In this document: positions 1 through 10,023 of the stretch, piece by piece
Numbering within the stretch: position 1 is the stretch's first letter
Layout: the number at the start of each line of letters is the position of its first letter
NCBI GenBank assembly: GCA_963709345.1
Contig: CAVPVX010000001.1
Span: 352,001-416,000, forward strand
Length of the DNA stretch: 64,000 bases
Source of the DNA: an uncultured Actinomycetes bacterium
GTDB taxonomy: Bacteria; Actinomycetota; Thermoleophilia; UBA2241
Reading direction: 5' to 3'
Notes under the pieces: model-generated
What the model was told of the DNA's origin: nothing
What the model saw: only the letters and a program-made list of their open reading frames with translations
Database searches by the model: none
Made by a program: the position numbers and the translations under genes

Positions 1-900
1 ATCGGGTACCTGAACAGCTTCTTCGACCCTCTGCAGCAGCTCAGCCAGCTCTACAACACCTTCCAGGCGTCGATGGCCGCGGTGCAGAAGATCTACACGG
101 TCCTCGACACCGAGCCCGACATGCTCGATGCCCCCGATGCGGTCGATCTGACCGACGTGCGCGGCTTCGTGGAGCTGCGCGACGTCACGTTCGGCTACGA
201 CCCGGACAAGCCGGTGCTTCACAACGTGAGCCTGCAGATCCCCGCGGGGAAGACAGTCGCGCTCGTCGGCGCCACCGGCGCCGGAAAGTCGACGGTCATC
301 AAGCTGCTGGCGCGCTTCTACGACCCTACCGACGGATCGGTGCTGGTGGACGATCACGACCTGAGGCAGGTCACGGCGAGTTCGCTGCGCGAGCAGCTCG
401 CCGTCGTGCCGCAGGAGGCCTTCTTGTTCAGCGGCTCGGTGATGGACAACATCCGCTTCGCCCGCCCAGCGGCCGTCGAGGACGAGGTCAAGCGCGTCGC
501 GCGGATCGTCGGCGTGCACGACTTCGTCGAGGGCCTGCCAGACGGCTACGACACCGAGGTCCAAGAGGGCGGCGCCGCGCTCAGCACCGGGCAGCGCCAG
601 CTCATCAGCTTCGCGCGGGCACTGCTCGCCGACCCGCGCATCCTGATCCTGGACGAGGCCACGAGCAGCGTCGACGCCGAGAGCGAGCGCCGCATCGAGC
701 GCGCCATGGAGGTGCTCTTCAGCGGCCGCACCAGCATCATCGTCGCTCACCGGCTGAGCACCGTGCGCTATGCCGACGAGATCCTGGTCATCGACGCCGG
801 CAGGGTGGTGGAGCGCGGCGATCACGCTACGCTGGTCGCCGCCGGAGGCCGCTACGCCGGTCTCTATCGCGACTGGGAGGCGACAGGGATGGCGGTCTGA
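1..900 (+). CDS. ABC transporter ATP-binding/permease protein (MsbA-like exporter), 5'-truncated by the window edge
   Basis: Frame is open from base 1; Walker A GATGAGKST, signature LSTGQRQ, Walker B ILILDEATS, H-loop AHRLST. Confidence 0.93.
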   Translation: MGYLNSFFDPLQQLSQLYNTFQASMAAVQKIYTVLDTEPDMLDAPDAVDLTDVRGFVELRDVTFGYDPDKPVLHNVSLQIPAGKTVALVGATGAGKSTVIKLLARFYDPTDGSVLVDDHDLRQVTASSLREQLAVVPQEAFLFSGSVMDNIRFARPAAVEDEVKRVARIVGVHDFVEGLPDGYDTEVQEGGAALSTGQRQLISFARALLADPRILILDEATSSVDAESERRIERAMEVLFSGRTSIIVAHRLSTVRYADEILVIDAGRVVERGDHATLVAAGGRYAGLYRDWEATGMAV

Positions 901-1002
901 TCGGCCCGGCGGCGCTTCGCGAGTCAGGCGCACGGCGTCGTGCCCACGGCGGCCTGTGTACGGTCGGGGCGGAGCGAGGGCCGCGCCGTCGCGTGCCGGC
1001 GG

Positions 1003-2004
1003 CTACGCCGACAGCTCCGCGACGGCGCCGGTCTCGCGCGTCACATACCCTCCAAGGCCGTCGATGGACCGCTTGAAGTCGTCGTCGTTGAGTAACGCGA
1101 GCAGCGGCGCGAGCAGCTCGCTCTCGTAGTGCTCGCGCGGCGTCACGAGGTCGTAGCGCTCTTCGATCACCGGCACGAAGTCGAGGCCGTGAGCACGCGC
1201 CGCCGGCAGGATGCCGAGCGCGACATCGGCGGCGCCGGATGCGACAGAGCGAGCGGCCGCCTCGTGTGTCATCACCTCATCCTCGTAGCCGACGACCGTG
1301 ACGGGGTCGACTCCGGCGACCGCGAGCAGCCGGTCGAGCCACAGACGCGTCCCGGAACCGCGATTGCGGTTCACGAGGCGTGCGCGCCCAGCGACGGCCT
1401 CAGCGAGGCCGGCGAAGCCGTGGGGGTTGCCCGCCGGCAGGATGAGCCCCTGCTCGCGGTGGGCGAGGGTGACCAGCACGAGAGCGCGGCCCGGGAACAG
1501 GGCCCGCGCGTACGAGCGGTTGAACTCGCCGCTCTCAACGTCGAACAGGTGGCAGCCGGCCATGTGCCCAAGGCCGTGCCGCAAAGCGATCAGCCCCTCG
1601 AGGCTGCCCACGGCCATGGTCACGACATCGGGCGCCGTCTCGTCGTCGCGCAGGCGGCGCGCCAGCACGTCCAGAGCAAGGTCGTCGCTGCCCAGGATGA
1701 CGAGCAGCCCACGCGCTTCGGGCTCCGGCAGCACCATGAAGTTGACTGCGTAAGCGCGCGCCGTAGCACAGTAGAACTTCTCGACGTAGCCTTTGGTCGA
1801 CCGCGTCTCGACGAGGTCCACGAGCCCCGCTCGTTCGAGGCTCAGGATGTGATGTCGGACCCAGGCCGGGTGGTGCCCGACGGCGTCGCCCAGCTGGGTG
1901 AGGGTCGCCTGCCCGCGCATGAGCAGCCTGAGCAGGCACAGCCGCTCGTCGTTGGCGAGTACGCGCACCGTGTCGATGGCGTCTATGTGACTGATCTCTT
2001 CCAC
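1003..2004 (-). CDS. ArsR-type HTH plus periplasmic-binding-protein-like (molybdate/PBP_like) domain transcriptional regulator
   Basis: N-terminal winged HTH (LANDERLCLLRLL...LERAGLV); C-terminal GSLEGL..L..G..HMAGCHL, NRNRGSGTR, ERYDLV. Confidence 0.82.
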   Translation of the reverse strand: MEEISHIDAIDTVRVLANDERLCLLRLLMRGQATLTQLGDAVGHHPAWVRHHILSLERAGLVDLVETRSTKGYVEKFYCATARAYAVNFMVLPEPEARGLLVILGSDDLALDVLARRLRDDETAPDVVTMAVGSLEGLIALRHGLGHMAGCHLFDVESGEFNRSYARALFPGRALVLVTLAHREQGLILPAGNPHGFAGLAEAVAGRARLVNRNRGSGTRLWLDRLLAVAGVDPVTVVGYEDEVMTHEAAARSVASGAADVALGILPAARAHGLDFVPVIEERYDLVTPREHYESELLAPLLALLNDDDFKRSIDGLGGYVTRETGAVAELSA

Positions 2005-2094
2005 GGCGGGGTTCCTGGCGAACTGCGTCCTTCGACGTACCGGCCTTTAGGCAATCCTTAGCGTCGCCCAGAGTCGCAGCCGCCTGCGCGGGTG

Positions 2095-3405
2095 TCAAGC
2101 ATCCGCGGGCGCTCCCGGCGGTGGTACGCTGCGCGGGCCCATGGCGATGGGTGCGCGCACGTCGCGCCACGCCAACTGGAAGACGCTGACGAAGATCGCG
2201 ACCCCGGCGCTGACCCACAGGACGGTGGTGATGCCGAAGGCATCGGCCAGCGGGCCGGCCAGCGCCAGCCCCGCCGGGTAGAACGCCAGGGAGCCAAGGT
2301 AATCGTAGCTCGAGACGCGCGAGATCATGCGAGGAGCGACCACGCGCTGCATGCAGGTCGTCCAGAACGGGTCGTAGAGACCCCACTCGACGCCCATGGC
2401 CATCATCGCGAGGTACAGCATCCAGACGGGAGCCTCCACGGCGAGCAGGGCGACCGGGAGTGCAGCCAGGCTCATGCCCGCGGCGATCACGAGCATCGGC
2501 CGGCGCGGCCGCCAGCGCAGGCTGAGCAGGCCGCCGGCGATCTGGCCGAGGCCCATCGCGGCGGAGGTGAAGCCCCAGGTGCGCGCTCCGTCGTAGACAT
2601 CGCGCGCCACTATCGGCCCCAGCACCTGGATCGGTCCGTCGATCGCGAAGAGGAACATGGAGGCGCCGGCGACCATCACCCACAGCCAGGTGTGGCTGGT
2701 GAACTCCTGCCAGCCGGCGGCCAGGTCGCGGAAGAAGCTCCGCCCGGCGACGGAGCCGGCGGCCTGAGCGTCCACGAGGCCCGCTTCCTCCACCGGCTCC
2801 CGCCGGCCGCGAAACGCCGCCGGCCGAAGCCGCAGCAGGAACCACGCGCTGACGAGATACGTGAGGCCGTCGATGCCGATCCCCCAGCCGGGGCCGACGG
2901 CGGCGACCACGAGGCCGGCCGAGAGAGCGCCGATCGTGATCGAGCCGCTCATCACGAGGCTGCTCAGCGCGTTCGCCTGCTGAAGACGTCCCTCGCTCAC
3001 CACCTGTGGAATGAGCCCGATCGCCGCCGGCCGGAAGAACGCCTCGCACGCGCCCATGCCGACCTGCAGCAGCGCAAGGTGCCAGACCTCGGCGACTCCG
3101 GCTATGAGCAGCCCCGCCGTCGCGCACTGCAGGCCGAACCGGACGACGTCGGCGACCAGCATGACCTTCTGCCTGGGCAGACGATCCGCCCACACGCCGC
3201 CGATCAGCAGGAAGACGGCCAGCGGCACCAGATTGGACGCCTCGACGATACCGATGTCGGTGGCCGAGCCTCCGATGTCGAGGACGGCGAAGGGAAGCGC
3301 GACGATCGTGAACATGACCCCGACCACGGAGGTCGCCTGGCCGAGGAACAGCTTGCGATACTCGGGTTCGCGCAGCGCTGCAAGGCTGTCGGAGAGCTTG
3401 CCCAC
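2095..3405 (-). CDS. MFS transporter
   Basis: About 12 hydrophobic helices; motif A-like GGVWADRLPRQKVM; abuts the MMPL gene. Confidence 0.88.
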   Translation of the reverse strand: MGKLSDSLAALREPEYRKLFLGQATSVVGVMFTIVALPFAVLDIGGSATDIGIVEASNLVPLAVFLLIGGVWADRLPRQKVMLVADVVRFGLQCATAGLLIAGVAEVWHLALLQVGMGACEAFFRPAAIGLIPQVVSEGRLQQANALSSLVMSGSITIGALSAGLVVAAVGPGWGIGIDGLTYLVSAWFLLRLRPAAFRGRREPVEEAGLVDAQAAGSVAGRSFFRDLAAGWQEFTSHTWLWVMVAGASMFLFAIDGPIQVLGPIVARDVYDGARTWGFTSAAMGLGQIAGGLLSLRWRPRRPMLVIAAGMSLAALPVALLAVEAPVWMLYLAMMAMGVEWGLYDPFWTTCMQRVVAPRMISRVSSYDYLGSLAFYPAGLALAGPLADAFGITTVLWVSAGVAIFVSVFQLAWRDVRAPIAMGPRSVPPPGAPADA

Positions 3406-5724
3406 CTACTCGATGCGGGGCAGCCACGCAAGCCAGCCGGGCAGCCACCAGCTCCGGCGCCCCAGAAGTCTCATCGCGGCAGGGACCATCAGCACCCGTA
3501 TCACGGTGGCGTCGAGCGCCACCGCGACGGCAAGCCCCACGCCGATCGCCTTGGTGATGACGATGGACGTGAACGCAAACGACAGGCCGACCACCACGAT
3601 GATCGCCGCCGCGCTCGTGATGATGCGCCCGGTCCGCGTGAGCCCGAAGGCCACCGCCCTCACGCTGTCGTGGCTTGCGTCCCATTCCTCACGCATGCGT
3701 GAGAGCAGGAAGACCTCGTAGTCCATCGACACCCCGAAGACCGTACAGAAGAGGATCACTGGCAACTCGGCGTCGACGGCGCCGGAGGCGTTGAAGCGGA
3801 ACAGCCACTCGAGGTTGCCCTCCTGGAAGATCCAGACCATGGCACCGTATCCTGCGAGCAGCGAGAAGACATTCATGATCACGGCCTTCACCGGCAGGAC
3901 GACACTTCGCAGCAGCAGGAGCAGGACGAGGGCGGTGACACAAACGACGAAGACGATGATGCCGGGGAAGCGGCGGTAGATCGCGTCGACGAAGTCGAAG
4001 ACCGTCATGGACACACCGGTGACGTAGATGATCGTCCCCGGAGGTCCGCCGGCCTCGAGGATCCCGACGGCCAGCTGCTGCGCCTCGTCGGAGGTCGGCC
4101 GCTGCTCGGGGACGACGCGGAAGAGCGCCGTTCCGGGCGCGGTGGTCGCCCCAGCAAGCCTGAGGGCGGACTTGCGCTGCTGGGCGCCGAGCAGCCCCCG
4201 GATGACCGCCGGCAGATCGGCCGTCTCGGCGCCCGGCCGCTCGCCGGAGTCGGACTCCGATGCGTCCGCCTCGCGCACGCTCCGCCAGAAGCCGGCCGCT
4301 CCGGCGGCCGACTCAATGCCGGGCAGATTCACCACACTGGTAACGCGGTCCACGCCGGGTAACGTGTCGAGCTCCTGCCCGTACTCGAACAGTCGCTTGA
4401 GGTTTTCCGGCGCGAACGGATCCTCGTCGCCCCCCCACGTCACGAGGACCTCGACCGGCGAGAGCGCCGCCACATCGAAACGCTCCTGCAGGATGTCGTA
4501 ACCCTGCCGGGCCTCCGAGTCGCGCGGCAGGGCCGTCGCACCGGGGATCTCCGTCTGGATGCCCAGCACCGGCCAGGCGAAGACAGCCACCAGAGCGACG
4601 GTCCCGATCAGGACGGGGATCGGGTGCCGCATGACCCAGTCGCTCCAGCGTCCCCAGAACAGGCTGTCGCTCCCCGTCCGGCCGATGACGCGCAGCGAGT
4701 TCACTCGTGGGCCGAGGATCCCCAGCAGCGCCGGGAGAAGCGTCAGTGCGGCGAGCACGCTGAAGAAGACGACGAGCGCTCCGCCCAGCCCCATCGAGCG
4801 GAGGGACATGTACGGGATGCTCATCAACCCGAGCAGGCCGACAATGACCGTCAGGCCGCTGAAGAAGATCGACCGTCCGGCGAACTCCACCGTCGTCTCG
4901 ACCGCTTGGGCAACGGTCTGCCCGGCCCCAAGCTCCTCGCGGAACCGGCCCACCATGAACAGGGCGTAGTCGATACCGACGGCGAGACCCAGCAGGGTCG
5001 CGACATTGAGCGCGAACACCGAGATGTCGACGGCCTGGGCGAGCAGCCAGAAGCAGCCGAGGGTCACAGTGACAGCCATGCCCCCGCCGATCACGGGAAG
5101 GCTCGCCGCCACGAGCGTCCCGAAGATCAGCACCAGAACGAGGATGGCGACGGGGAACGTGTAACTCTCGGCCTTGCGCAGATCCTCCGCCGAGCGCTGC
5201 TCCAGCTCGGCGTACACGGCAGGATCGCCGGCGAGGTACGTCGTCAGGTCCGTCGGGGCGAGAGCGCGCCGCAGCGCCGGGGTCTGCTTCTGAACCTCCT
5301 CCGTTGTCCCGTCGAACTCGAGGACGGCGAAGGTCGCCTTGCCGTCGCGGGAGATGAACCCGGCGTCGCCGGTGGTGAACGCCGTCGAGACGCGAGTGAG
5401 GCCGTCGAGGCCGGCGTCCTCGACGCCGGAGAGGGCCTCGTCCATCTGGACCCTGAAGGCCGGGCTGCGCGCCGGCGTCACGTCGCTCGTGAAGACGATG
5501 GTCAGGCTGGAGGGGCCGAACCCGAGACGCTCCTGCATCTGGCGCTGGCCTCGCTGCGACGGCGACTCCGGGTTGGTGAAGCCGCCGCCCTTCAGCTGCG
5601 ACGCCACATCGAGGCTGGCGACGAGGCCGGCGGCGAACGCCAGAGCCCACAGGACGACGATGAGTCTGCGGCGGCGGTACGAGAACCGCCCGAGCGCGGC
5701 GAACACCCCTGTGTCCCTCCTCAC
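3406..5724 (-). CDS. MMPL (RND superfamily) transporter
   Basis: Two MMPL halves with GLAVGIDYALF and FGVSMDYEVFLLSR; C-terminal WWLPGWL. Confidence 0.93.
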   Translation of the reverse strand: MRRDTGVFAALGRFSYRRRRLIVVLWALAFAAGLVASLDVASQLKGGGFTNPESPSQRGQRQMQERLGFGPSSLTIVFTSDVTPARSPAFRVQMDEALSGVEDAGLDGLTRVSTAFTTGDAGFISRDGKATFAVLEFDGTTEEVQKQTPALRRALAPTDLTTYLAGDPAVYAELEQRSAEDLRKAESYTFPVAILVLVLIFGTLVAASLPVIGGGMAVTVTLGCFWLLAQAVDISVFALNVATLLGLAVGIDYALFMVGRFREELGAGQTVAQAVETTVEFAGRSIFFSGLTVIVGLLGLMSIPYMSLRSMGLGGALVVFFSVLAALTLLPALLGILGPRVNSLRVIGRTGSDSLFWGRWSDWVMRHPIPVLIGTVALVAVFAWPVLGIQTEIPGATALPRDSEARQGYDILQERFDVAALSPVEVLVTWGGDEDPFAPENLKRLFEYGQELDTLPGVDRVTSVVNLPGIESAAGAAGFWRSVREADASESDSGERPGAETADLPAVIRGLLGAQQRKSALRLAGATTAPGTALFRVVPEQRPTSDEAQQLAVGILEAGGPPGTIIYVTGVSMTVFDFVDAIYRRFPGIIVFVVCVTALVLLLLLRSVVLPVKAVIMNVFSLLAGYGAMVWIFQEGNLEWLFRFNASGAVDAELPVILFCTVFGVSMDYEVFLLSRMREEWDASHDSVRAVAFGLTRTGRIITSAAAIIVVVGLSFAFTSIVITKAIGVGLAVAVALDATVIRVLMVPAAMRLLGRRSWWLPGWLAWLPRIE

Positions 5725-5788
5725 GAGAAGGCCGCAGCCGGCCGCTCACCGAGCGGGTGCGGCCGTTCAGAACGATATACTACGCGCG

Positions 5789-6262
5789 ATGAGTCGGCCG
5801 TCTCTCGAAGAGCCCGGGACCGTGATGCCAGGACCGCGCGAAAGGACATCGGCAGGTGGAGTCGTCGTCCGCACGGACGGCGGCGTCGAGGTCTGCCTCA
5901 TCCGGCCCGCGGGCCGCTCGGTCTGGGGCCTCCCCAAGGGCGGCGTCGAAGAAGGGGAGACCCACGCCGAGGCCGCCCTGCGCGAGATCTCCGAGGAGAC
6001 CGGCCTCTTCGGCACCGTCGAGCAGGAACTGGGCACCATCGACTACGCCTTCTATTCGCGCGAGCAGGGCGACCGCATCCACAAGACGGTCCACTACTTC
6101 CTGGTGCGAGCGACCGGCGGCGACACGTCGCACCACGACCATGAGGTGAGCGAAGCCCGCTGGGTGCGGCTGCGCCAGGCGCTGCGGCTCATGACGTATC
6201 CGAACGAACGCGAGATGGTGCGGCGCGCCGCGACCGCGCTCGGTCGGCCGGCCATCGACTGA
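5789..6262 (+). CDS. NUDIX hydrolase
   Basis: Nudix box GGVEEGETHAEAALREISEETG; start placed at ATG 5789 (alternative 5825) because the longer ORF overlaps MMPL. Confidence 0.9.
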   Translation: MSRPSLEEPGTVMPGPRERTSAGGVVVRTDGGVEVCLIRPAGRSVWGLPKGGVEEGETHAEAALREISEETGLFGTVEQELGTIDYAFYSREQGDRIHKTVHYFLVRATGGDTSHHDHEVSEARWVRLRQALRLMTYPNEREMVRRAATALGRPAID

Positions 6263-6307
6263 CGGCGGCGCCAAGCTGGACGGCCGAGGCGCCGGCCGGC
6301 GTGCAGC

Positions 6308-7156
6308 TCAGATCCACACCAGTGGCTCGTGCTCGACGCGGGCCTCCTCCAGGGTCCGCTGTAAGCCCGCGAGCATCTCCGCCGCGCCGACATCCACGAA
6401 GTCGTAGTGCGCCAGAGCGAGCCAGGACTCGGGCGTCACGTGATGCCCGGCGCACTCCCGCATTCCGCGGCGCAGACGCTCGGCCGCTCCGGTCAGCCCC
6501 CTGCGGCTGATGTCGGGCAACACCAGCACGAAGCCCCCCCCGTCGGTGAGCCCGATGCTGTCGTACCGACGCAGATTCTCGCGCAGACACACGCCGATCT
6601 CGTGCCGCATGGCACGCCGCCTCGCGTGGGCGACGACTCCGTGCCCCTGATCCGCCTCGCTGAACGCCAACTCGACGAGACCGAGCGACAGGTCCATGCG
6701 CTGGCACCGCTCCACCTCAAGCGCAAGCCGCTCCGCAAGCTCCGCGGGCTTCATCGCCCCGGTATCGAGATCGATCGGTGAGGATTCCGCCGCCGCCCGG
6801 CGTAGCCGTTCGATGGTCTCTTCGAGCCCGGCCGAGTAGCCGGAGGCGATCCGCGTGAGCGCCACATGCTCCAGATCGAGGAGGCTCCGGCCTGCCGTCT
6901 CGGCGCCGAGATCCCCGCTCGCCTCGATGTGCGCGCGCAGTTGTTCGCTCCCGTCGCTGAACGCATCGAGCAGGCTCGCTACCGGCACGCGCTGGCTCAG
7001 GCCCGCGCCCCGGGCGACTTCCTCGATGGCCGTGAGGAACGGCACGTCGTCACCGCCGAGAGCCAGGCGAAGGCAGGGCAGAGCCGGTTCCCAGAGACTC
7101 CGAGAAACGTCTCCGAGCTCGAGTTGCGCCAGAACCGCATCCCCGGTCGATACCAC
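6308..7156 (-). CDS. Degenerate GGDEF-domain protein
   Basis: IDLDTGAM..., EVERCQR, LRRYDSIGLTDGGGFVLVLP and AAERLR follow the GGDEF fold, but there is no GG(D/E)EF; GTG start after GAAGGGG. Confidence 0.65.
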   Translation of the reverse strand: MVSTGDAVLAQLELGDVSRSLWEPALPCLRLALGGDDVPFLTAIEEVARGAGLSQRVPVASLLDAFSDGSEQLRAHIEASGDLGAETAGRSLLDLEHVALTRIASGYSAGLEETIERLRRAAAESSPIDLDTGAMKPAELAERLALEVERCQRMDLSLGLVELAFSEADQGHGVVAHARRRAMRHEIGVCLRENLRRYDSIGLTDGGGFVLVLPDISRRGLTGAAERLRRGMRECAGHHVTPESWLALAHYDFVDVGAAEMLAGLQRTLEEARVEHEPLVWI

Positions 7157-7271
7157 AGCCACCCCTTCGGTGCGTGGTCCCGCATAGTGATCATCTCTAT
7201 CAGGGATTGTACCGTCGGGGCTCGAAGTACACACACGTTGGAGTGTACGCGACGAGAAAGGCGAGGCAGAC

Positions 7272-8078
7272 ATGAGCGTGACGCTGCTCGGCACGATGGG
7301 GTGGATGCCCAGCGACCAGCGAGAGACGACGTGCTTCGCCGCTCGCTCCGGCCCGGACCTCTTCGTCTTCGACGCGGGCACCGGACTGCGCAGGCTGCTC
7401 GATCCCGCCCACGCGACGCTCCTCGAGGGCGCCGGGACAGTCCACCTGTTCCTCAGCCACTACCACCTGGATCACGTGTGTGGACTCGCCTACCTCCCCG
7501 GCGTCCTTCCGGGGAGGAATGTGGTGCTGCATCCGCCGGACCGGGCGATCACCGGCGTCGACCCGCACGACGCCGTCGCCGGAGTGCTGCGCAGACCGTA
7601 CAACCCCGTCGACCTCGCGGACATGGGCCGGGTGCAGGTGGAGCCGCTCGCGGCCGGCGCCAACGACGTGGCCGGCCGCACCATCCGTGTGCGTGCACAG
7701 CGTCACTCCGATGTCAGCGTCTCCTTCCGCGTCGACGACGAGTTCGTCGTCGCCACGGACACGTCGCCAGACCCGGGCCTGCCGGCGTTCGCCTCCGGCG
7801 CACGCCTGCTGCTGCACGAGGCGTGGTACTGGGAAGACGATCCCGGGCTGAGCTCCATCCCGCCCGATCTCCGCCCCGGCTACGCCGCGCACAGCGAGGC
7901 GGCGGAGGTGGCGCGGCTGGCGGCGGAGGCCGGCGTGGGCCGTCTCGTCCTCGTCCACCTCAACCCGCTGGCCGGCGAAGACTCCTTCGCGGGCATGCTG
8001 GAAGTGGCCGGCGCCGTGTTCGCGCGCACAGAGGTGCGCCCCGACGGCGCCGTGCTCCCCACGGACTCCGGCGATTGA
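7272..8078 (+). CDS. MBL-fold metallo-hydrolase (RNase Z-like)
   Basis: TLLGTMG, FDAGTG, SHYHLDH (HxHxDH), DT, LLHEA, HS, LVH. Confidence 0.85.
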   Translation: MSVTLLGTMGWMPSDQRETTCFAARSGPDLFVFDAGTGLRRLLDPAHATLLEGAGTVHLFLSHYHLDHVCGLAYLPGVLPGRNVVLHPPDRAITGVDPHDAVAGVLRRPYNPVDLADMGRVQVEPLAAGANDVAGRTIRVRAQRHSDVSVSFRVDDEFVVATDTSPDPGLPAFASGARLLLHEAWYWEDDPGLSSIPPDLRPGYAAHSEAAEVARLAAEAGVGRLVLVHLNPLAGEDSFAGMLEVAGAVFARTEVRPDGAVLPTDSGD

Positions 8079-8121
8079 CACGCCGCGCCGCGCTCGTGAG
8101 GATTCATCCCATGGTGCACCC

Positions 8122-8649
8122 GTGATCCGATTTCGCGACAAACGCTTTCTCGCCGTGGCGGGGGCGCTCGCCGTCCTCATCATCTTCGTGCTGCCGTCGT
8201 TAGTGGCCTTCCGCTACTCGGCGCCGGAGCAGCGCGGCGAGTTCCTGACCCATCCGTGGCGCGGGTGGAGCTTCGCCTACGCCGCCCTCGCCGTGCCGGG
8301 CGACGCCAAGCTCAAGACCTCGGGCATGGCCCTGCGCAAGGCCGACTGGCTGTTCAAGGGCACCGTGGTGGACCCGCGTGAGGTGCAGCTTCTGTTCGTG
8401 GAGAAGGCCGAGCCCTACACGTTCCGGCACGCTGTCGGCGGACGCACGATCACCGGGAGCGTCGTCCCTACCTATCGCTTCATCTGGCAGGTGCAGGGCG
8501 CGGTGATCACCGTGTCCGATCGGTCCGACACCATCGTCGCGTTGCTCGACTACGACACGGGACGCGTGCTGTACGACATTCGCGACGACCTGACGGCAGC
8601 CGACCTGACGCCACCGGACGGCACCCCGGCTCCAAACCCGTCGCCGTGA
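8122..8649 (+). CDS. Membrane-anchored hypothetical protein
   Basis: N-terminal TM/signal helix, Pro-rich C-terminus, GC3-biased codons. Confidence 0.65.
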   Translation: MIRFRDKRFLAVAGALAVLIIFVLPSLVAFRYSAPEQRGEFLTHPWRGWSFAYAALAVPGDAKLKTSGMALRKADWLFKGTVVDPREVQLLFVEKAEPYTFRHAVGGRTITGSVVPTYRFIWQVQGAVITVSDRSDTIVALLDYDTGRVLYDIRDDLTAADLTPPDGTPAPNPSP

Positions 8650-8679
8650 CGCCGGCGCACGCCTGAGGAGCCACGACCG

Positions 8680-9987
8680 GTGGCGACGACCGAAACTCCC
8701 GACGAAGGCGCGACAGCCCGCGGCTCCGGGGCGCCCGACGAACCGGAGCCGGCCGAAGCACCGGCTGCCGGATCCGCTGCCTCCCGGCCGCTGACGCGGG
8801 CGATCGTCGTCGCCGCCGGCAGCCGGCTGTTCGTGTTCGCGGTCGCTTTGGCGGCCGCCACGTTCGTCGGCATTCGGGGCCTGCCCGTAGGCTGGCGCTT
8901 CCCCCTACACGCGGAGGTGTTCGACGGGTGGCTCGGCGCCCTCTTCAATCCCTGGGCCCACTGGGACGGCGTCTGGTACATCAAGATCGCGACGAGCGGC
9001 TACGCCGACGCCGATGGCAGCACCGCCTTCTTCCCGCTCTTCCCCCTGCTGCTCCGCTACGTCGGGGTCGGCCTCGGCGGCAATCTCCTGCTCACCGGCA
9101 TCATCATCTCCCTGGCCTGCTACGCCGGCTGCGTCTGGCTGCTCTATCGTCTCGTGCGCTCCGATTTCGACGACGCGATCGCGAGCCGGACGGTGATCTA
9201 TCTCTCCGTCGCGCCGCTCTCGTTCTTCCTGCAGGCCGTGTACACGGAGTCACTGTTCCTCGTCCTCTCCCTGGCCTGCTTCGTGTTCGCCCGCGAGGGC
9301 CGCTGGCGGCTCGCAGGCGTTATGGGGTTGCTGGCGACGCTCACGCGGAGCACCGGCGTCCTGCTGCTGGTCCCCATGGCCTTCTACTACTACCAGCGCC
9401 GCGGCTGGAGCCTGAAGAAGACAGATTCGCACGTCGCCAATCTACTCATGGTCGTCGAGGGGCTGCTCGTCTGGATGACCTACCTGGCACTCGCGTTCGG
9501 CAAGCCCTTCGCCTTCTCGACCGCACAGTCGCAGTGGGAGCGGGGCTTCGGGGCCCCAAACTACACGATCGTCCGAGGAATCGTGGCCACAGTCTGGGGC
9601 CTGCGTAAGGTGGTGTCCGCCGAGTACTACCGCGTCTTCTGGGAGGTACCGCGACCGGGGTCCGACTACAGCACCGCCGGCACCAACCTCCTCAACCTCC
9701 TGTTCCTGATCGCCGCCGCCCTGCTGCTCTGGTACGGAGCCCGGCGCCTGCCGGCGGCGTACTCATGGTACGCTCTGGCCGCGCTTGCCTACCCGCTCTT
9801 CTTCCCGTCCACGTATGTGCCGCTGATGTCGTACCCGCGCTTCACCCTGACGGTCTTCCCTCTCTACGTGGCGCTGGCTGTGTTCACGCGCGAGCGGCCC
9901 AGGACGCACAAGGTGGTGGTGGTGGTGGGGCTTGTCCTGCTGGCGGCCCTGACCGCCAAGTTCGCGACCTTCAGTTGGGTGGCGTAG
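8680..9987 (+). CDS. GT-C mannosyltransferase (PIG-V-like)
   Basis: WAHWDGVWYIKIATSGY, AFFPLFPLL, AVYTESLF, LTRSTG; polytopic membrane protein. Confidence 0.88.
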   Translation: MATTETPDEGATARGSGAPDEPEPAEAPAAGSAASRPLTRAIVVAAGSRLFVFAVALAAATFVGIRGLPVGWRFPLHAEVFDGWLGALFNPWAHWDGVWYIKIATSGYADADGSTAFFPLFPLLLRYVGVGLGGNLLLTGIIISLACYAGCVWLLYRLVRSDFDDAIASRTVIYLSVAPLSFFLQAVYTESLFLVLSLACFVFAREGRWRLAGVMGLLATLTRSTGVLLLVPMAFYYYQRRGWSLKKTDSHVANLLMVVEGLLVWMTYLALAFGKPFAFSTAQSQWERGFGAPNYTIVRGIVATVWGLRKVVSAEYYRVFWEVPRPGSDYSTAGTNLLNLLFLIAAALLLWYGARRLPAAYSWYALAALAYPLFFPSTYVPLMSYPRFTLTVFPLYVALAVFTRERPRTHKVVVVVGLVLLAALTAKFATFSWVA

Positions 9988-10023
9988 CCGGCCGCGTGTC
10001 GCGGCCGACTCAGGGCTGGAGCG

